64,000 nucleotides of DNA, taken from the NCBI RefSeq assembly GCF_963921235.1, contig NC_086118.1, positions 24,120,001 to 24,184,000 on the forward strand, given 5' to 3'. The notes beneath the pieces were generated by a model, which made no database searches, was not told where the DNA came from, and was given only the letters and a program-made list of their open reading frames with translations. Each line of letters begins with the position of its first letter. Positions within the stretch are counted from its first letter, which is position 1. A program made the position numbers and the translations under genes. The DNA is from Mobula hypostoma. Taxonomy: Eukaryota. Of this stretch, positions 1 to 12,913 are shown one piece after another.

Positions 1-1883
1 AACTATCGTTGATTGCAGAATACTTTAGGTTTCAAAAGAAAGGGGGGTCAATTTCAGCTTAATTGAAGAAATTAAGTGGCTGAATTGAAGAAATTGTCTG
101 AGCATTGTGAGTTCAGTAATGGGCTAAATGATGCACTGAGGGATCATTTAGTTTGTTGAATCTTACAAGAAAGCATTCAAAAGAGCTTCTTACTGAAGCA
201 CAATTCACATTTAAAAGATCCATTGAAATTGCAGAGTCAATGGAAACAACAGCCAGAGGTACAATTGAGTTGCAGACAGGAATGAAATTGAGTGTGAACA
301 AAATTGCAGTGTCTAAACAGAAACCAGCCTGACCAAGCAAATAGAGTTAATGTTATGACACACTCCGGCAGAAAACTATGAACCAGGACTTCACACAGTG
401 TCAGGTCTACACAGCAACCCAAAATGGCTGGAACCCAAAAGTGCAGCAGAAATTCCAGTTTCCCCATTTTTATCAGTGCCAGGCTGAACTTTCCTTTGAC
501 AGAGGTTGCCTTTTGTGGAGATGGAGATTTGTTATACTATCCAAGCTGAGAGCTGAAGTGTTGGAGCAGTTACATACTTGTCACCTCAAAATGAAAGTGT
601 TGGCTCAAAGAATAGACCAGCTGCAATGTGCAGGGTGCCAACATGTCCAGAAGGTGCCAAGAGCAGTATCTCCCATCCCTGGGAATGATCTGCATTGTCC
701 TGTCAGAGGATTGATGTATATTTTGTTGGACCATTCATGGGCACAAATCTCTTGTTAGTAGTGGATGTAGCTAGAAAGTGTCTCGAAGTGTTCCCAGTAG
801 ACTCCACTACTGCCTCGCACACTATTGATGTGTTGAGAAGCCTCTTCTCAAGCACTGGTGTTCCACCCAACTACAAATGGCTTGTTGGAAAGGTTGCCCA
901 GACTCTAAAGAATTTACTGCGAGCAATGTCAGCGGAACACACTATACTGACACTGAATCAGAAGCTCACCAATTTCCTCCTTGCATATCGCAATATAGTA
1001 TGCTCCACAACCAACAACTCACCAGCTGTGCTGTTCCTGGGTCATCCCTGGCACTCATGCATGGATCTGCTCAAACCCAGTCTCAGAAGGAGTATGCAGG
1101 GCAAACAGCTGAGGCAAATTGAGAGCTCCTCAAACAAGGAAATTTGATGTTTCACTCCTGGAAAAGCAGTCCTGGCAAGGGACTACAGAGGCGACTAAAA
1201 GTGGGTACTTAGAAAGATTAATGATAGAACTGGACCACTCCTCTACACAGTGGAGATTGTGTCTAATGTTATCTAGAGACAACACATTGATCAGTTGAGG
1301 AGAGCAGAGTCAATTGTGAGAGAAGAATCATGCCCAGAACTGTCAGAACCATTTCCTGCAGTCCCAGAGTCATCTCCTACAGAAGCCCCAGAACTAAGAT
1401 TGTTTCACAGCTACAAATCTCTTCTGCCAAGCAGAGTGACCTCCCTTGTCAGGAAAGACGGTATTCTACAAGAGTAAGAAATCCTCCACAGCGAATAAAT
1501 CGAACCTGAATAGGAAAATTTAAAATTCACTATGCTGCAGATGTCTATACATTAGTTGTATTATATATTATAATGTATACTGTATATATGTTGAGGTGCA
1601 TTCTATATTGAGCTGGAGTTCATAGCTAATAAGGGAGGAGTGTTGTGCATTTACTATTTCAAAAATATTTGAGTGATATTGTGAATATGTTGTTTGATTA
1701 AGCATTCTTTGGTTAAAGGAATTTTTAGGGTCGTATGTAGCAATGCATGAATGGCACAAGTCATTATGCCAGCAGGGCGTAAGTGAGCGCGCACTGAAGT
1801 AAAACTAAACGTACACAAGTTATCCCCTGCTCCCGTGTTTTTCTTTCAATTAGTTTTATGTTTTTGAGTTACAAAACATAACA
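1..1883 (+). mobile_element. Degenerate Gypsy/Ty3 LTR retrotransposon (gag/integrase remnants, PPT, 3' LTR 1641-1883); 5' end lies outside the window
   Basis: Integrase-like ORF fragments (695..1147 'CQRIDVYFVGPFMGTNLLLVVDVARKCLEVFPV...FLLAYRN'). Polypurine tract AAGGGAGGAG directly before an LTR bounded by TGTTG...TAACA. Confidence 0.9.
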
Positions 1884-2250
1884 TTATCTTAATCCTTTGA
1901 TAGATTATTGCTCCCTAATTATTCTTGGTTTTCAAAGATAAGACAAAACTTATATTCAATGGTACCTTTCACCAGTGACTTCAATAGCAGTCAGTTTGTG
2001 AACACTTACTGTCCTTGCAAATCTCACACTTGTGAAGAGGAAAAACAGAAGTTTTGTTTTTAATTTAACTTTCTTCAGCTATCTTTATGTATCCTCCAGA
2101 GGGAGGTACATCTCATCTCGTTTGGGATTGCAGCCTCCAAATTTACACTCCTTCCTCGATCAGGGTGTGGAAAATATGCACATTTACTTTCATTCCTTCA
2201 AAGTTGCTGGTGAACGCAGCAGGCCAGGCAGCATCTCTAGGAAGAGGTGC

Positions 2251-2285
2251 AGTCGACGTTTCAGGCTGAGACCCTTCGTCAGGAC
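2251..2285 (-). ncRNA. Minimal type-I hammerhead ribozyme motif (opposite arm)
   Basis: Reverse complement reads GTC-CTGACGA-AGG(gtctcag)CCT-GAAAC-GTC-GACT. Confidence 0.75.
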
Positions 2286-2291
2286 AGACGA

Positions 2292-2327
2292 AGTCCTGAT
2301 GAAGGGTCTCGGCCTGAAACGTCGACT
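2292..2327 (+). ncRNA. Minimal type-I hammerhead ribozyme motif
   Basis: AGTC-CTGATGA-AGG(gtctcgg)CCT-GAAAC-GTC^-GACT: complete catalytic core, stems I and II, GUC cleavage triplet. Activity is not shown. Confidence 0.8.
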
Positions 2328-3293
2328 GCACCTCTTCCTAGAGATGCTGCCTGGCCTGCTGCGTTCACCAGCAACTTGGATGTGTGTTGCTTGAATTTCC
2401 AGCATCTGCAGAATTCCTGTTGCTTACTTTCATTCCTTGTGGCTTTGCAGTGCACAGTCAGGAACTCCCAAGATGGTCTGGCTCCTGGCTTGTCCACAGA
2501 CCAGCCTAGATCCAGAAAAGCTCAATAATTCTGTTGTGAATTGGTACACAATGATAATTTGTGAATGGTGTTGAACAAAACTTTACTACATTGAGAATGG
2601 ATTGGAATATGGCATTTGTCCTCTGTAGCAGTGGATTGGTGAACCCAAGTTCAACCCATGTTAACTCTAAGAGGGGGTCTTTGCTGTGGTCTCATCTAGT
2701 GAAGAATGTGGCAGATAAACACAAGTTAATTCCTCATCTGAGAAAAGGAAGAAGAATAAGAGGAGCATTCTTTCACTTGTCCTGTGGGTCTTGTCTGTGA
2801 ATAGAAACGGCAAAGTGGGGGGGGGGGCAGGGGTAAAAACATAGGCAAAATATGAGTTGTAATAATGCTGATGTGGTGTGACACAAATATAAGTAGACAT
2901 TCTTAGTGTTTTGGAGTGTTGGTGACATAAAAACTGTGGACATCTGATCACTGTTTTCCATGAGCTTATAAATCTTTTCTAAAACTTTTCTCAGGAAGAC
3001 AAACATAGTGAATCACAAACATAACACCAAGTTTTGTTCTGACACACATCTACATAAAAGGACCCTTTTGCTCAATTAATTCAGAAGTTAATTTTGATGA
3101 ATAATGACATTTTTTGTGTTATTTGCATTGTTTGGGATCATCATGATGACATGACAATAATTCATTTCACAGATTGTCAAAATTCAGGAAAGAATAAACT
3201 CAGATATATTAATTGTTAAGTAGATCCTCTAATATAATTAAGCAGCACATTCTCAATCTGTCCTTTTAAAGCATATTTTTTATAAAACACTTT

Positions 3294-6200
3294 TGTTGTG
3301 TTTTGTAACTTCCATACATTAAATTAATTCAAAGGAAGACTCAGGTGTATAAAATGTGACTCTAACTTTGAGTCTTACTTTAAGCAAGGCATGCGTGTAT
3401 CACATTGTAGTGTGATGACGTATGCAATTCACATATTGATAAATAAAATCCATCATGAATTATTCCAATGAATAAGAATACTTAATGAAATAACATATAT
3501 ACAAGATTACTCAAATATTATTGAAATATTAAATAGACAACACTCCTCCCTTCTTAGCTATAAACTCTGAATCAATAGAGAATGCACCTGGTACTCCAGC
3601 TGAGGATCTGTCGACAAAAAAGCCTTGCAGAGGGTGGTTAGGGGAGCAGAGAAGGTTATTGGGGTCTCCCTACCTTCTGTCCAAGACCTCTTTCAGAGTC
3701 GAATCCTCCAGAAGACACGGTACATCATTAAAGACCCCTCACACCCTCTCCATGAACTGTTTGTTCTTCTGCCATCAGGCAAACGTTACAGGAGCATCAA
3801 AACTAAAACCACAAGGGTACTAAACAGCTTCCTCCCACAGGCAGTCAGACTGCTAAATAGCTGCTCTACCTGACTCTGCTTTGGACACTTTCAACTTGCA
3901 CTGGACACTTATAACTTGTTTGTAAATGACATGTGGCTGTTGTGTTTTACTATTTATTGTTATGTTTATTATTTGGTGTTGCGTTTGTTATGTTATGATT
4001 GCACTGCTCCTGAGAAACGCTGTCTCATTCTGCCCTGCAGAGCTGATGTACGGTTAGAATGACAATAAAGTTTTTTTTTAATCTTTGAATCTTTGAATCT
4101 TGTTTGAGGAGCTTTCAATTTACCTCAGTTGTTTCTCCTGCATCCTCCTTCTGAGATTTATGCTGAGGAGATCCAAAGTGAACACCAGATATGACCCAGC
4201 AACAGCAGAGCTGGTGAGTTGTTGGTTGTGGAGTGTGTTGCATTGCAAGATGCAAGGAGGAAATTGATGAGCTTCTGTTCAGTCTTAATTGTTCTGCTGA
4301 CATTGCTCTCAGTGCGTTCTATAGACTCTGGACAAACCTTTCCATCAAGCCATTTGTAGCTGGGAGGTACAGTGCAGATATAATACGTTTTCTTCCATTC
4401 ATTTTTAGGAATGATTGAAACTGTTCTCCCACAAAGACTAGTCCATTGTCACTGACTAAGTGTTCTGGAACATCAGTTCTTGCAAAGAGGTTTCTCAATA
4501 CGTCAACAGTGTGCGAGGCTGTAGTGGAGGTTATTGGGAGAACTTCTGACCATTTTGTAACTGCCATTACTACCACAAAATTTGTGCCCAATAACAGTCT
4601 GGCAAAATCCACGTGAATTCTCTGTCAGGTCAATGCAGGCCGTTCCCAAAGATGGAGAGGTGTCGCTCTTGGCATCTTCTGGACATGTTGGCATCCCATA
4701 CAGTGTATAGTAAGCTGCTTGATCTGCTGGTCTATCCCAGACCATCAGACAAAGCTTCGAGCCAGCACTTTCATTTCCACCACACCTAGATGACCAGCAT
4801 GTAGCTACTCCAACACTTTAGCTCTGAGCTTGGATGGCACAACAACTCTAAAACCCCACATAAGGCAACCCTTGTCAAGGGCAAGTTCATGTCAGCCCTG
4901 GAAATAATGGGAAAACTAGAGTTTCTTAAGAATATTCCAGCCATTTTTGATGGCCAGGTAGACCCAAGACAATGTGGGTTCTTTTCTAGTTTCCCTTACG
5001 ATCATCTCTGTCATAAAAGGAAGACTTTCAATTTGCGTTAGGGAGAGTATGTCAAGAGTGTCCTTTTTTGTAAATTTTTCTGGTATTTCCATTTCCAAGG
5101 GTAAACAGGATAATCCATCAGCACTTTCTGATTAGTCATCCTCCTAAATTCAATCTTGCAATTGTGTCCTGCATGAAACAGAGCCCATCTCTGCACTCGT
5201 GCTGTTGTGGTTAGTGGAACACCATTCTGTGGTTTGAAAATGGACACTAGTAGTTGGTGATTAGTAACGAGAGTAAACTCTCTCCCATACAAGTACTGGT
5301 TGAAACATTTTACACCCTAAACCAAACTCAATTCTTCTCTGTCAATCTGTGCGTAATTTTTCTCTGCAGAGGTAATGGAAGGTGATGCAGAGGCTATGGG
5401 GTGTTCACTTCCGTCGCTCGTAACATGTGACCTCACTGTACCTATACCATAGGTTGAGATGTTATAGGCAAACATTACTGGAAATGTGGATCATAATATG
5501 TGAGTGCAGAGTCTGATGTTATCATTTCCTTTACCCTTTTGAAAGCCACCTCACACTGCTTTGTCCATTGCCATTTCTTCCCAATCTGCAGTAATGAGTT
5601 CATGGGGTGGAGTACAGTCGCCAGGTTTGACAAGAACCTGTCACAGTAGTTGACAAATCCTCAAAATGATCACAACTGTGACACATCCCTGGGCCTTAGG
5701 GCATCCACCGCTTCTTGAATTTTCTCAGCACACTTGTGTAATCCTGGTGTATCAATCATATGACCAGAGTAAGTGATACTTCATTTAAAGAATTCACACC
5801 TGTAGCATCGTGCTGTGAGCCCATAATTTTCTAATCTTTTTAACACTGCCTTGAGTTTTTGAAGAAGTTCCTTGTCATCCTTACTGGCAACAATGATATC
5901 TTCCAGGTAACACTGAGTACTTGGCCAGCCTTTCAGCACCTGGTCCACAGCTTTCTGCCAGATTGCAGGTGCAGATGCTACTCCAAAAATAAGCCTATTA
6001 AATGCAAGTTGTGCTTCAGTTAGGAGCTATTTTTATATGCTTTCTTGTAAGATTCTGCAAACTAAATGATCTCTCAGTACATCATTAAGACCATCATTGT
6101 ACTGACGATGCTCAGAAAACTTCTTCAATTCAGTCACGTTTGTAGAAATGGACTCCCTTCCTTTCGATTCTGTTTATGAAACCTAAAGTGTTCTGCAATT

Positions 6201-6877
6201 AAGAATGGTTTTGGTTCTAAATGATCCTGCACTATGAGAATATCAGCAAAACTCGTGTCTGCTGGTTTGGTTGGAGCAGTCAACTTCAAAGAAAACTATG
6301 CCTTTAAACCGTAAACCAAAAGAACGCAGCAAAATTTGTACTTGTTTCTCATTGGCTGTTTCATTTACTTCAAATTCTGTTGAATTTGCTCAGTTGATCT
6401 GTTGTGTAATCAAATGTGCCAATCTTTCTGATGTAGACAGCCATTTATGCTCCTTTTTATGATGATTAACATCTGTTTATGAACCCACAGATTCTGCTTT
6501 TTTCTAAACTTGACCGCTTACACGCGCTGGGCTGTTTTCTTTTTAACTCGCTGTGCTTGTTTTAGTTCAAATATCTTGCTGCACTTCAACAAGCTGATGG
6601 CTGTCTAGGTTTCATTTTGAAAATACCTTGTTGCCAATATTATGTTTTGTAACTTCCAATCATTAAACTAATTTAAGAAGGACACTGGAGTCCAAAATGT
6701 GAGCCTAACTTCGGTTTTTCCTTTAAGCACACATATCATGTGGTAATGTGATGATATATATAATTTACATATTTTTACATATAACCTGTAATTAATTATT
6801 TAAATGAGGAAGAACGCTTAATCAAAAAAATATATATATGATTACTCAAATATTACTGAAATATTAAATACAAAACA
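3294..6877 (-). mobile_element. Internally deleted Gypsy LTR retrotransposon with both LTRs (3294-3542, ~6638-6877)
   Basis: 4-bp TSD CTTT (3290-3293, 6878-6881). PPT at 3543-3552 and PBS-like TGGCAACAAGG at ~6626-6636 on the minus strand. RNase H (5038..5292) and integrase (4319..4612) remnants with stops and frameshifts. Confidence 0.92.
3589..4100 (+). mobile_element. Rex1/Babar-type LINE 3' fragment nested in the Gypsy element
   Basis: ORF 3625..3873 'DPSHPLHELFVLLPSGKRYRSIKTKTTR..NSFLPQAVRLLN', AATAAA and a (TTGAATCT)n tail. Confidence 0.85.
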
Positions 6878-7089
6878 CTTTACTTATAGTCTGTTAAAGA
6901 AAATATATACATTGGCCTACCCCTATGCTTATTAAGCATGTTGAGAGCTTTATTGGTTTTCATCTGTGCAACATATTGTACAGTAATTCTCAAAGAAGTA
7001 GCAATCTCTCTTCTTAACTAGTCAGTCTATGAAGCATTCACAATTACAAATAGCTTGCACTAAGCTTACATTTGTTTATCTCAGTCATG

Positions 7090-7440
7090 TCTCAGTTCAT
7101 TCATAGTTCTCTCACCTCTGAGTCAGAAGGTTGAGAATTCAGGCCTTGCCCTGGAGACTTGAGCGTATATTCAATGCAGAGTACAAGCGCTCTATAGTGT
7201 TGAAGAAGACATAAAGCCAAAGTTTTCTCTGTTGGAACCCATACAATTTTCTAAGAAGAACACGAGTGATTCCAAAATGTCCCTAACAATATTTGCACCA
7301 CAAGGATTATACTTAATCAAAATGATGTAGTCATTATGGGAAATGCTATATAAAAATAATCTGGTTTGTTACTAAATTACAACAATAACAGTGGTTCCAA
7401 TACATTTTCAAATTTGTAAAAGGCATCCTAATATGTGTTT
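7090..7440 (+). mobile_element. Highly degenerate DeuSINE (SacSINE1-like) remnant
   Basis: 'ctctcacctctgagtcagaaggttgagaattcagg...ctggagacttgagc' head and 'ctaagaagaacacgag...tgtccctaacaatattt' resemble the shark DeuSINE as recalled; not aligned. Confidence 0.5.
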
Positions 7441-10400
7441 GTACCATTTGAATGTTTTAACATAACAGTGAATAGAGTCAATCAAATTAAAGCGATGATT
7501 TTTTAAATCAGAAATTAAAGTAATACTGTGGTTTTGATTGGACTCATAATATCACAAAAACAGCCAAATTCACCTCAGTGTCTATACTGTATGTTAAATT
7601 ATGACACATCATGTGCATCTCTTGCACGTTTCCCAAGGTACTGTTGGTGTGGGTGAAGTCATGTGGCTCGATGCTTTCTGGCAACCCAGAAATATCACAG
7701 GAAAACATCAAAACCCTTGACAGGAGAACAGCTGGGAAAACAGAGTATACGTTTCCTAACTAGGGAAAAACGAATCTAACATTTTGTTTCTTTGCTTTAT
7801 TGTTCCCTTGGCACTTCTAACACCTGCTAATCAAATCTCCATTTAATGCATGGTCCTGCAGCTCTTCTGGGAACAAGAGTACAGCGTATGAGATTATACC
7901 AAGAATACTTCACACCAAAATCCCACAAGCACAGCCTGAAAACATTAGAAACAGCACCAGTGCTAAACTCAACAGGGAATTTGGCATTTGTTAAATTGTT
8001 CATCACAAATATTTAATGACTAATAATTAACTGTAAGTACTTTTTTTCAAAGAAATAGGTGTAGTTTTTGAAAATGCATTAAATTCTGCCAGTTTCTTTG
8101 TTTCAGAAAATAGCAAATGGATGTAGCTTTAGGCGTTAGTGGAGGCTCATGCTCTGATAACAGACAGATGGCATAATACAATCAAAAGCCCTGCATTTGA
8201 CCACCTCATCCTTTTATGATCATTTATTCTGTCAATTTTTCATTTCCTAGTATTTCATGGTTGTCAGGGACTTTTCTGTCTATACCCTGACACCCATAAG
8301 TTATGGAAAATAGGAAATTTAAACTGGGAATGAAGTAAGGGGAAAATAGACAGCTTCGAAAACAATACATTGTTTCATTGTTTTTGTATTTACTATTATT
8401 TTATTTAACAAAAATGTATAATATAGATCCTATTTAGAAAAGGAATCATGCTGTTAATACCTCTGTAAAAAATCAATGTTAGTAAGGAGCTGTTGTCAAA
8501 GTATTATCCCTTTCTAATGAAAAGTGGGAAGAGCATAAATTAACACATCACTTCTAAGCAGAAGGAAGTGCAGCGTTCAACCCTTTTTCATTTCACCGTA
8601 TTTAGTTAGTAGCTTTATTGAATTAGTGACTCACAGCATAAACCCTTTATAAAATTGATGTTGATTCCAATACAGCCTAAACTTGTATGAACATGCAATC
8701 TGATGCTGCAGAAGGACATATTATTAATTCTACGAGTTATGGTAATTTTTAAACCAAAGATCTTCCATATATTCTAACAATTTCTGAGAACAAAATTTGT
8801 GGAGTGTGAAACACTACATCAAAGTATTGTTTAAAATTATGCATTGATAGTCGCATTTGCTAACTCATAGAGAATACACTGAGGCAATGGAAGGATTCGA
8901 TCTTTCAAGGTTGGCATACGGACAAAGAAAGGGAAACAGTTGGAAGCAGTATGAAAAGGCTGACTCCAGAAAACATGAGGACAAGATAGTTCAGGGAAAA
9001 AGAAGTAAATCAGCTTTGGCTAAGCAGGCACCAGAGAATGAGTATGAGCCAAAATGCCATGAAGCAAGGCTAATTGTCTTTTAGTATGATTACAGAGAGT
9101 GCATCTGCCAATAAACTATCAAAATGGGGATTCAGCAGCAAGAAAGCAACAGAAAAAAATCAATGATTGCCTTCACGTGGTTAAGGTTTCTACTTAAAAT
9201 ATCAGTTGACTTAATGGTATTCAATCAGCATCGAACGGTTCTAATATATTTATTCAATGTGTAAGTAATATATTTGATGGTTTAATCCTGCAATGTGAAA
9301 TGACAGCAAGATTAACAAAAATGTCTGAATTTTAATTATTATTGAAGATCAAAAAAACATTGGCTTCAACATCATTCAGGGCAACAACTAGGACAAGTTC
9401 TGTTCTGCAAGCACTGGAGTTCAGTTTTCCCTCCACATTCTGTGGTTTAGCTCTACAATATGTGACATCTTTATCAGATTGGTTCCTTGTCCAGAAGTCA
9501 GGCTGATTTCCCAATGGGCATGAATGATGCAAAGGAGATCCCAGCCTCAGGAGCATCTTGCAAGACTGCAGCAGTGATAGCAGGAGTTCAGGTGGTGGGG
9601 AGATGCGTAGGTCGGGGAAGAGGGGAGTTTGTGCTAGGTGGTGTCCAAACTCTGAAAGGGATATACTGTACCTAATCCTTTGGTTTGGGATCAGATCCTA
9701 TAAACCAGATTTCCTATCCATCTGGTGTCCAATTCCTCAGCCTATGATCCTGATGGTGTGGCTGAAAATCCATTGCCTGAGATATTTATTTCCAAGAGCT
9801 GTCTGAGCCTGGGAGAAAGCATTTTCCAATCGCAGACCTTAGGTGACAATATCAGAGGAGTGTGCATGTCTGGAGCCAGAGAGGTACTTGAGGTGACAGG
9901 GATATTCTGATGTCAGGGATAAAGTATTTTTACTTACGAGGAAGGAGCTCATTGAGCCTGTGATTGAATTTTGTAAAATAATCTAACCAGTCCTACTTAA
10001 TTGTTCAAATTATCCACCCCTGTGTCCATCAAATTCTCTCTTGAAAACACTGACTGAGTCCTTTTCCACTACTCCCAAAGTCAGGGATTTCCAGATCAAA
10101 AGCACATAACCTGCAATTTTTTTAAAATACCTTTAAATTTCACGCTCCACCCCCATAATGTAATGTTTTCTCTTTAAACCTATGTTCCAAACTGATTGAA
10201 CTATCAGTTAATGGTACCAGTCTTTCTCTATTGGTCCTGTTCAAATCAATTGCAATCTTGTCCATCTCCATCAAGTCTCCCTCAACCTTTACTGAGCCGA
10301 CGGGCATGACCACAGTTTCCATCAATTAACCATGTGACCAATTTCTTCCCCTACAACCATCCTAGTAGCTACTTCCTGCACCTTTTCTATGCCTTTCATA

Positions 10401-10724
10401 TCCTTCGCATATTAAAGTGACCTGATCTGCAATCTCTTTTTAAAACCATTTCATATTTTAACACCTCACAGAATTCCCATTCACCATTGTTTTCATATAT
10501 TTTTAATCTCATAGACATGGTGATGATCCTCTCCAAAACCTCAGCTTTATCTTTGTAATTCCTTTCATATCCACGAACATAAGACTGTGCCAAGTGTTAG
10601 AAAACAGCATGGCAATCTGCAAATTATCGAGATTGGTTTCAAGCTTACTAAGTTGATGGCAGTATGAGAATTTCATATTTGTTCTCAGTGATCCTTGTAA
10701 AATATAGGCCTGGTGACTGCTTGG

Positions 10725-11092
10725 GTGGCTGGGTTTCTACTACAGGAGGTGTAAGGTGCTCTGCTTGCCTACCGGTCACCCTTGGACAAGGTGTAGCACC
10801 TGCTTAGCCCTCCAGTCAGAGTCATATGAAGCCATGGGAGCAGATGGTGGATGGTCATATGAGCAGCTGGTGCATATCACAAGTCCTGGTTATGTGACCA
10901 CTGACGCCAGGCAGACAATCTCTGAAGAGTACTGATAATGGCTAGGTCACCCATCTTGTAAAGACTCTGCACAGAAGAAGGCAATGGGAAACCACTTCTG
11001 TAGAATTTGCCAAGAATGATCATGGTCATAGATCATAACTACCCACGTCATATAAAACACAGCACATAATGATGATGATGGTGATGACGATG
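10725..11092 (+). mobile_element. RTE-related SINE or non-autonomous element
   Basis: BovA/RTE-like motif 'gaagaaggcaatgggaaaccact' and a (GAT)n tail. A second copy lies on the minus strand at ~35875-36724. Confidence 0.65.
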
Positions 11093-11174
11093 AAGACTGC
11101 ACTCATGTGCCAGATCCACAAGCTGCTGCCTAAGATTTTGTCTGTTTAAAACTAACCCCCATACTTGATAGCAA

Positions 11175-11320
11175 ACAAGAGAAAATCTGCAGATGCTGGA
11201 TATCCAAGCAACACACACAAAATGCTGGTGAAGGCTCTCAGACCGAAATGTCAACTGTACTCTTTTCCATAGATGCTGCCTGGCCTGCTGAGCTCGTCCA
11301 GTATTTTGTGTGCATTGCCT
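11175..11320. mobile_element. Degenerate Penelope pLTR-derived short repeat
   Basis: 'ctgcagatgctgga..caagcaacacacacaaaatgctgg' joined to an inverted piece 'gaaatgtcaactgtac..catagatgctgcctggcctgctgag'. Confidence 0.65.
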
Positions 11321-12057
11321 GTATTTGATAGAGCAGTTTCAATAAGCGAATAAAACGTTATTGCTTCATTGTTAATTTTGCACTGTATCTTCTAAAGTGG
11401 ACAATAATCTACAAGGATGAAATTTTACTCTTTGCCATAGTAAGCATAATCCATTTGTCAAAGTCATTGAACTATTGAACATATCAGTAACAAAGAACCT
11501 CAACCACTTAGTTAATAACACTAATGCCCTTCAGTGTGGTTTATGGTCAATGCAGATTAAGATCATAGAATCATTACAGAACAGCAAGTAGCCTATTTGA
11601 TCTATTCCCTGCTCATTCCCATAATTTGCATTTTTAGTTTCAAATATTTACTCTATTTCCCTTTAAAAACTACCATAAGATCTGTAAGTACCTTACTCTT
11701 CCAAATAATAATTGCCTGCAATGTTACATATCTTCCCTCCAATCACCCCTGCATCTCTTGCCAAGGGATTTAAATCTGTATGCTTTGCCCCCTGACCCCT
11801 ACTCTAATAGGAACAGTTTCTTTCTATTCATGTCAAGTAAATCTTTTATGACCTTGTACATACCCGTCAAATCTCTTCTCAACAGATCTTTCCCTCACAA
11901 CGACTACGATTTTCTAGTCCATCTTCGTGAGTGGAAGCCCTCAATCCTGTTAGACATCAAGTAAATCTGTTTTCAAGTCACTCCTGGACTTTCTCACCCT
12001 TCTGGTCACCAATAGTTTGATACACAACTCTTACGTATCCTAACCGGTATTTTATAA

Positions 12058-12913
12058 TGTTACGTACCCCGTAACTGGGTTGCCAAACCAGCAGAAATGG
12101 ATCACTCAGTTGGAGTCTGGAGTACTAGAACTAAGAAAGTTTTATTAAAGAAACAAGCAACACAGTAATCGAAAGGATAATAAATGCAACAGTTCAGTGA
12201 TGATAAACACACATGTGCACAGAAGTAAGATAACAGCATCAGTCAAGCTCTATCGTTGTCTAGGGGTAAATGACCAATTTCAAAATGACTCAAAGTTCAG
12301 TCCAGTTAGTAGTTCGCAGTAATCATTGCCATGGCGATGGACAACGTGGGGGAAGAGAGAGATAGAATAGGAACAACTGATCATTCAGAACACTGCTTCA
12401 CTCACAGACCAGCGAGATGGCTCACAAACAGCTTTTGGGCGGGTCCTTGGTGATGTCACCTGAGGTCACCGACTGTGACCCCTCCTCCAGATGCGGTCGA
12501 TCCTCTGCAGTGAACCCGGCACCCAGGCAAGGGCGGACACACACCGGGTTCCCGCTGATCGTACCTTTCCACCCTTGTCGTTGTCTGATACTTCTCACTC
12601 ACTCGTGAGAGGCGCACCGCTTCCAGGGTCTCGTTACCTCGGGTGGCGTGTGTCCCTGTCTTAGCGAACCTGTCCCCTTTTTATCCCCCTGCTGGGGTAT
12701 CGCCTGTCCATCACTTCAAACAGTTCAGGGTTCAAAGGGGGAGCCGCTCCAGACAGCTCTCTCTCCCACGTCCCTTCATTACACATCTCCAGACGCTGCT
12801 CCATTGTTCCTTATCTCTCCTTCCCCTGAGGGCAGGTGGCAGACCAACTGCTGATGCCACTGATGCTAGCCCAGGCCAGCAAACATCTTAATTTTATGTG
12901 TATTCTCGTAACA
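12058..12913 (-). mobile_element. Solo LTR (856 bp)
   Basis: Termini TGTTACG...CGTAACA and 4-bp TSD ATAA on both sides. AATAAA (~12141) and a TATA-like GGGGATAAAA (~12680) read on the minus strand. Confidence 0.88.

Larger units (their letters stand above)
2199..2423. mobile_element. Non-coding palindromic Penelope-like pLTR insertion carrying two hammerhead motifs
   Basis: Inverted arms around ~2288. 15-bp TSD TTACTTTCATTCCTT at 2184-2198 and 2424-2438. Arm sequence is near-identical to the terminal region of the GIY-YIG elements at 28873 and 33373. Confidence 0.88.

Noticed and set aside
2032..2528. Overlapping ORFs with the recurring peptide 'PDEGSRPETSTAPLP.DAAWPAAFTSN' (also at 28786, 33336, 45861 and 59102)
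   Set aside because: These are translations of the non-coding pLTR/hammerhead repeat, not a protein family.
8857..9084. 75-aa charged ORF in non-repeat DNA
   Set aside because: No recognisable domain, a non-ATG start and no convincing splice boundaries.
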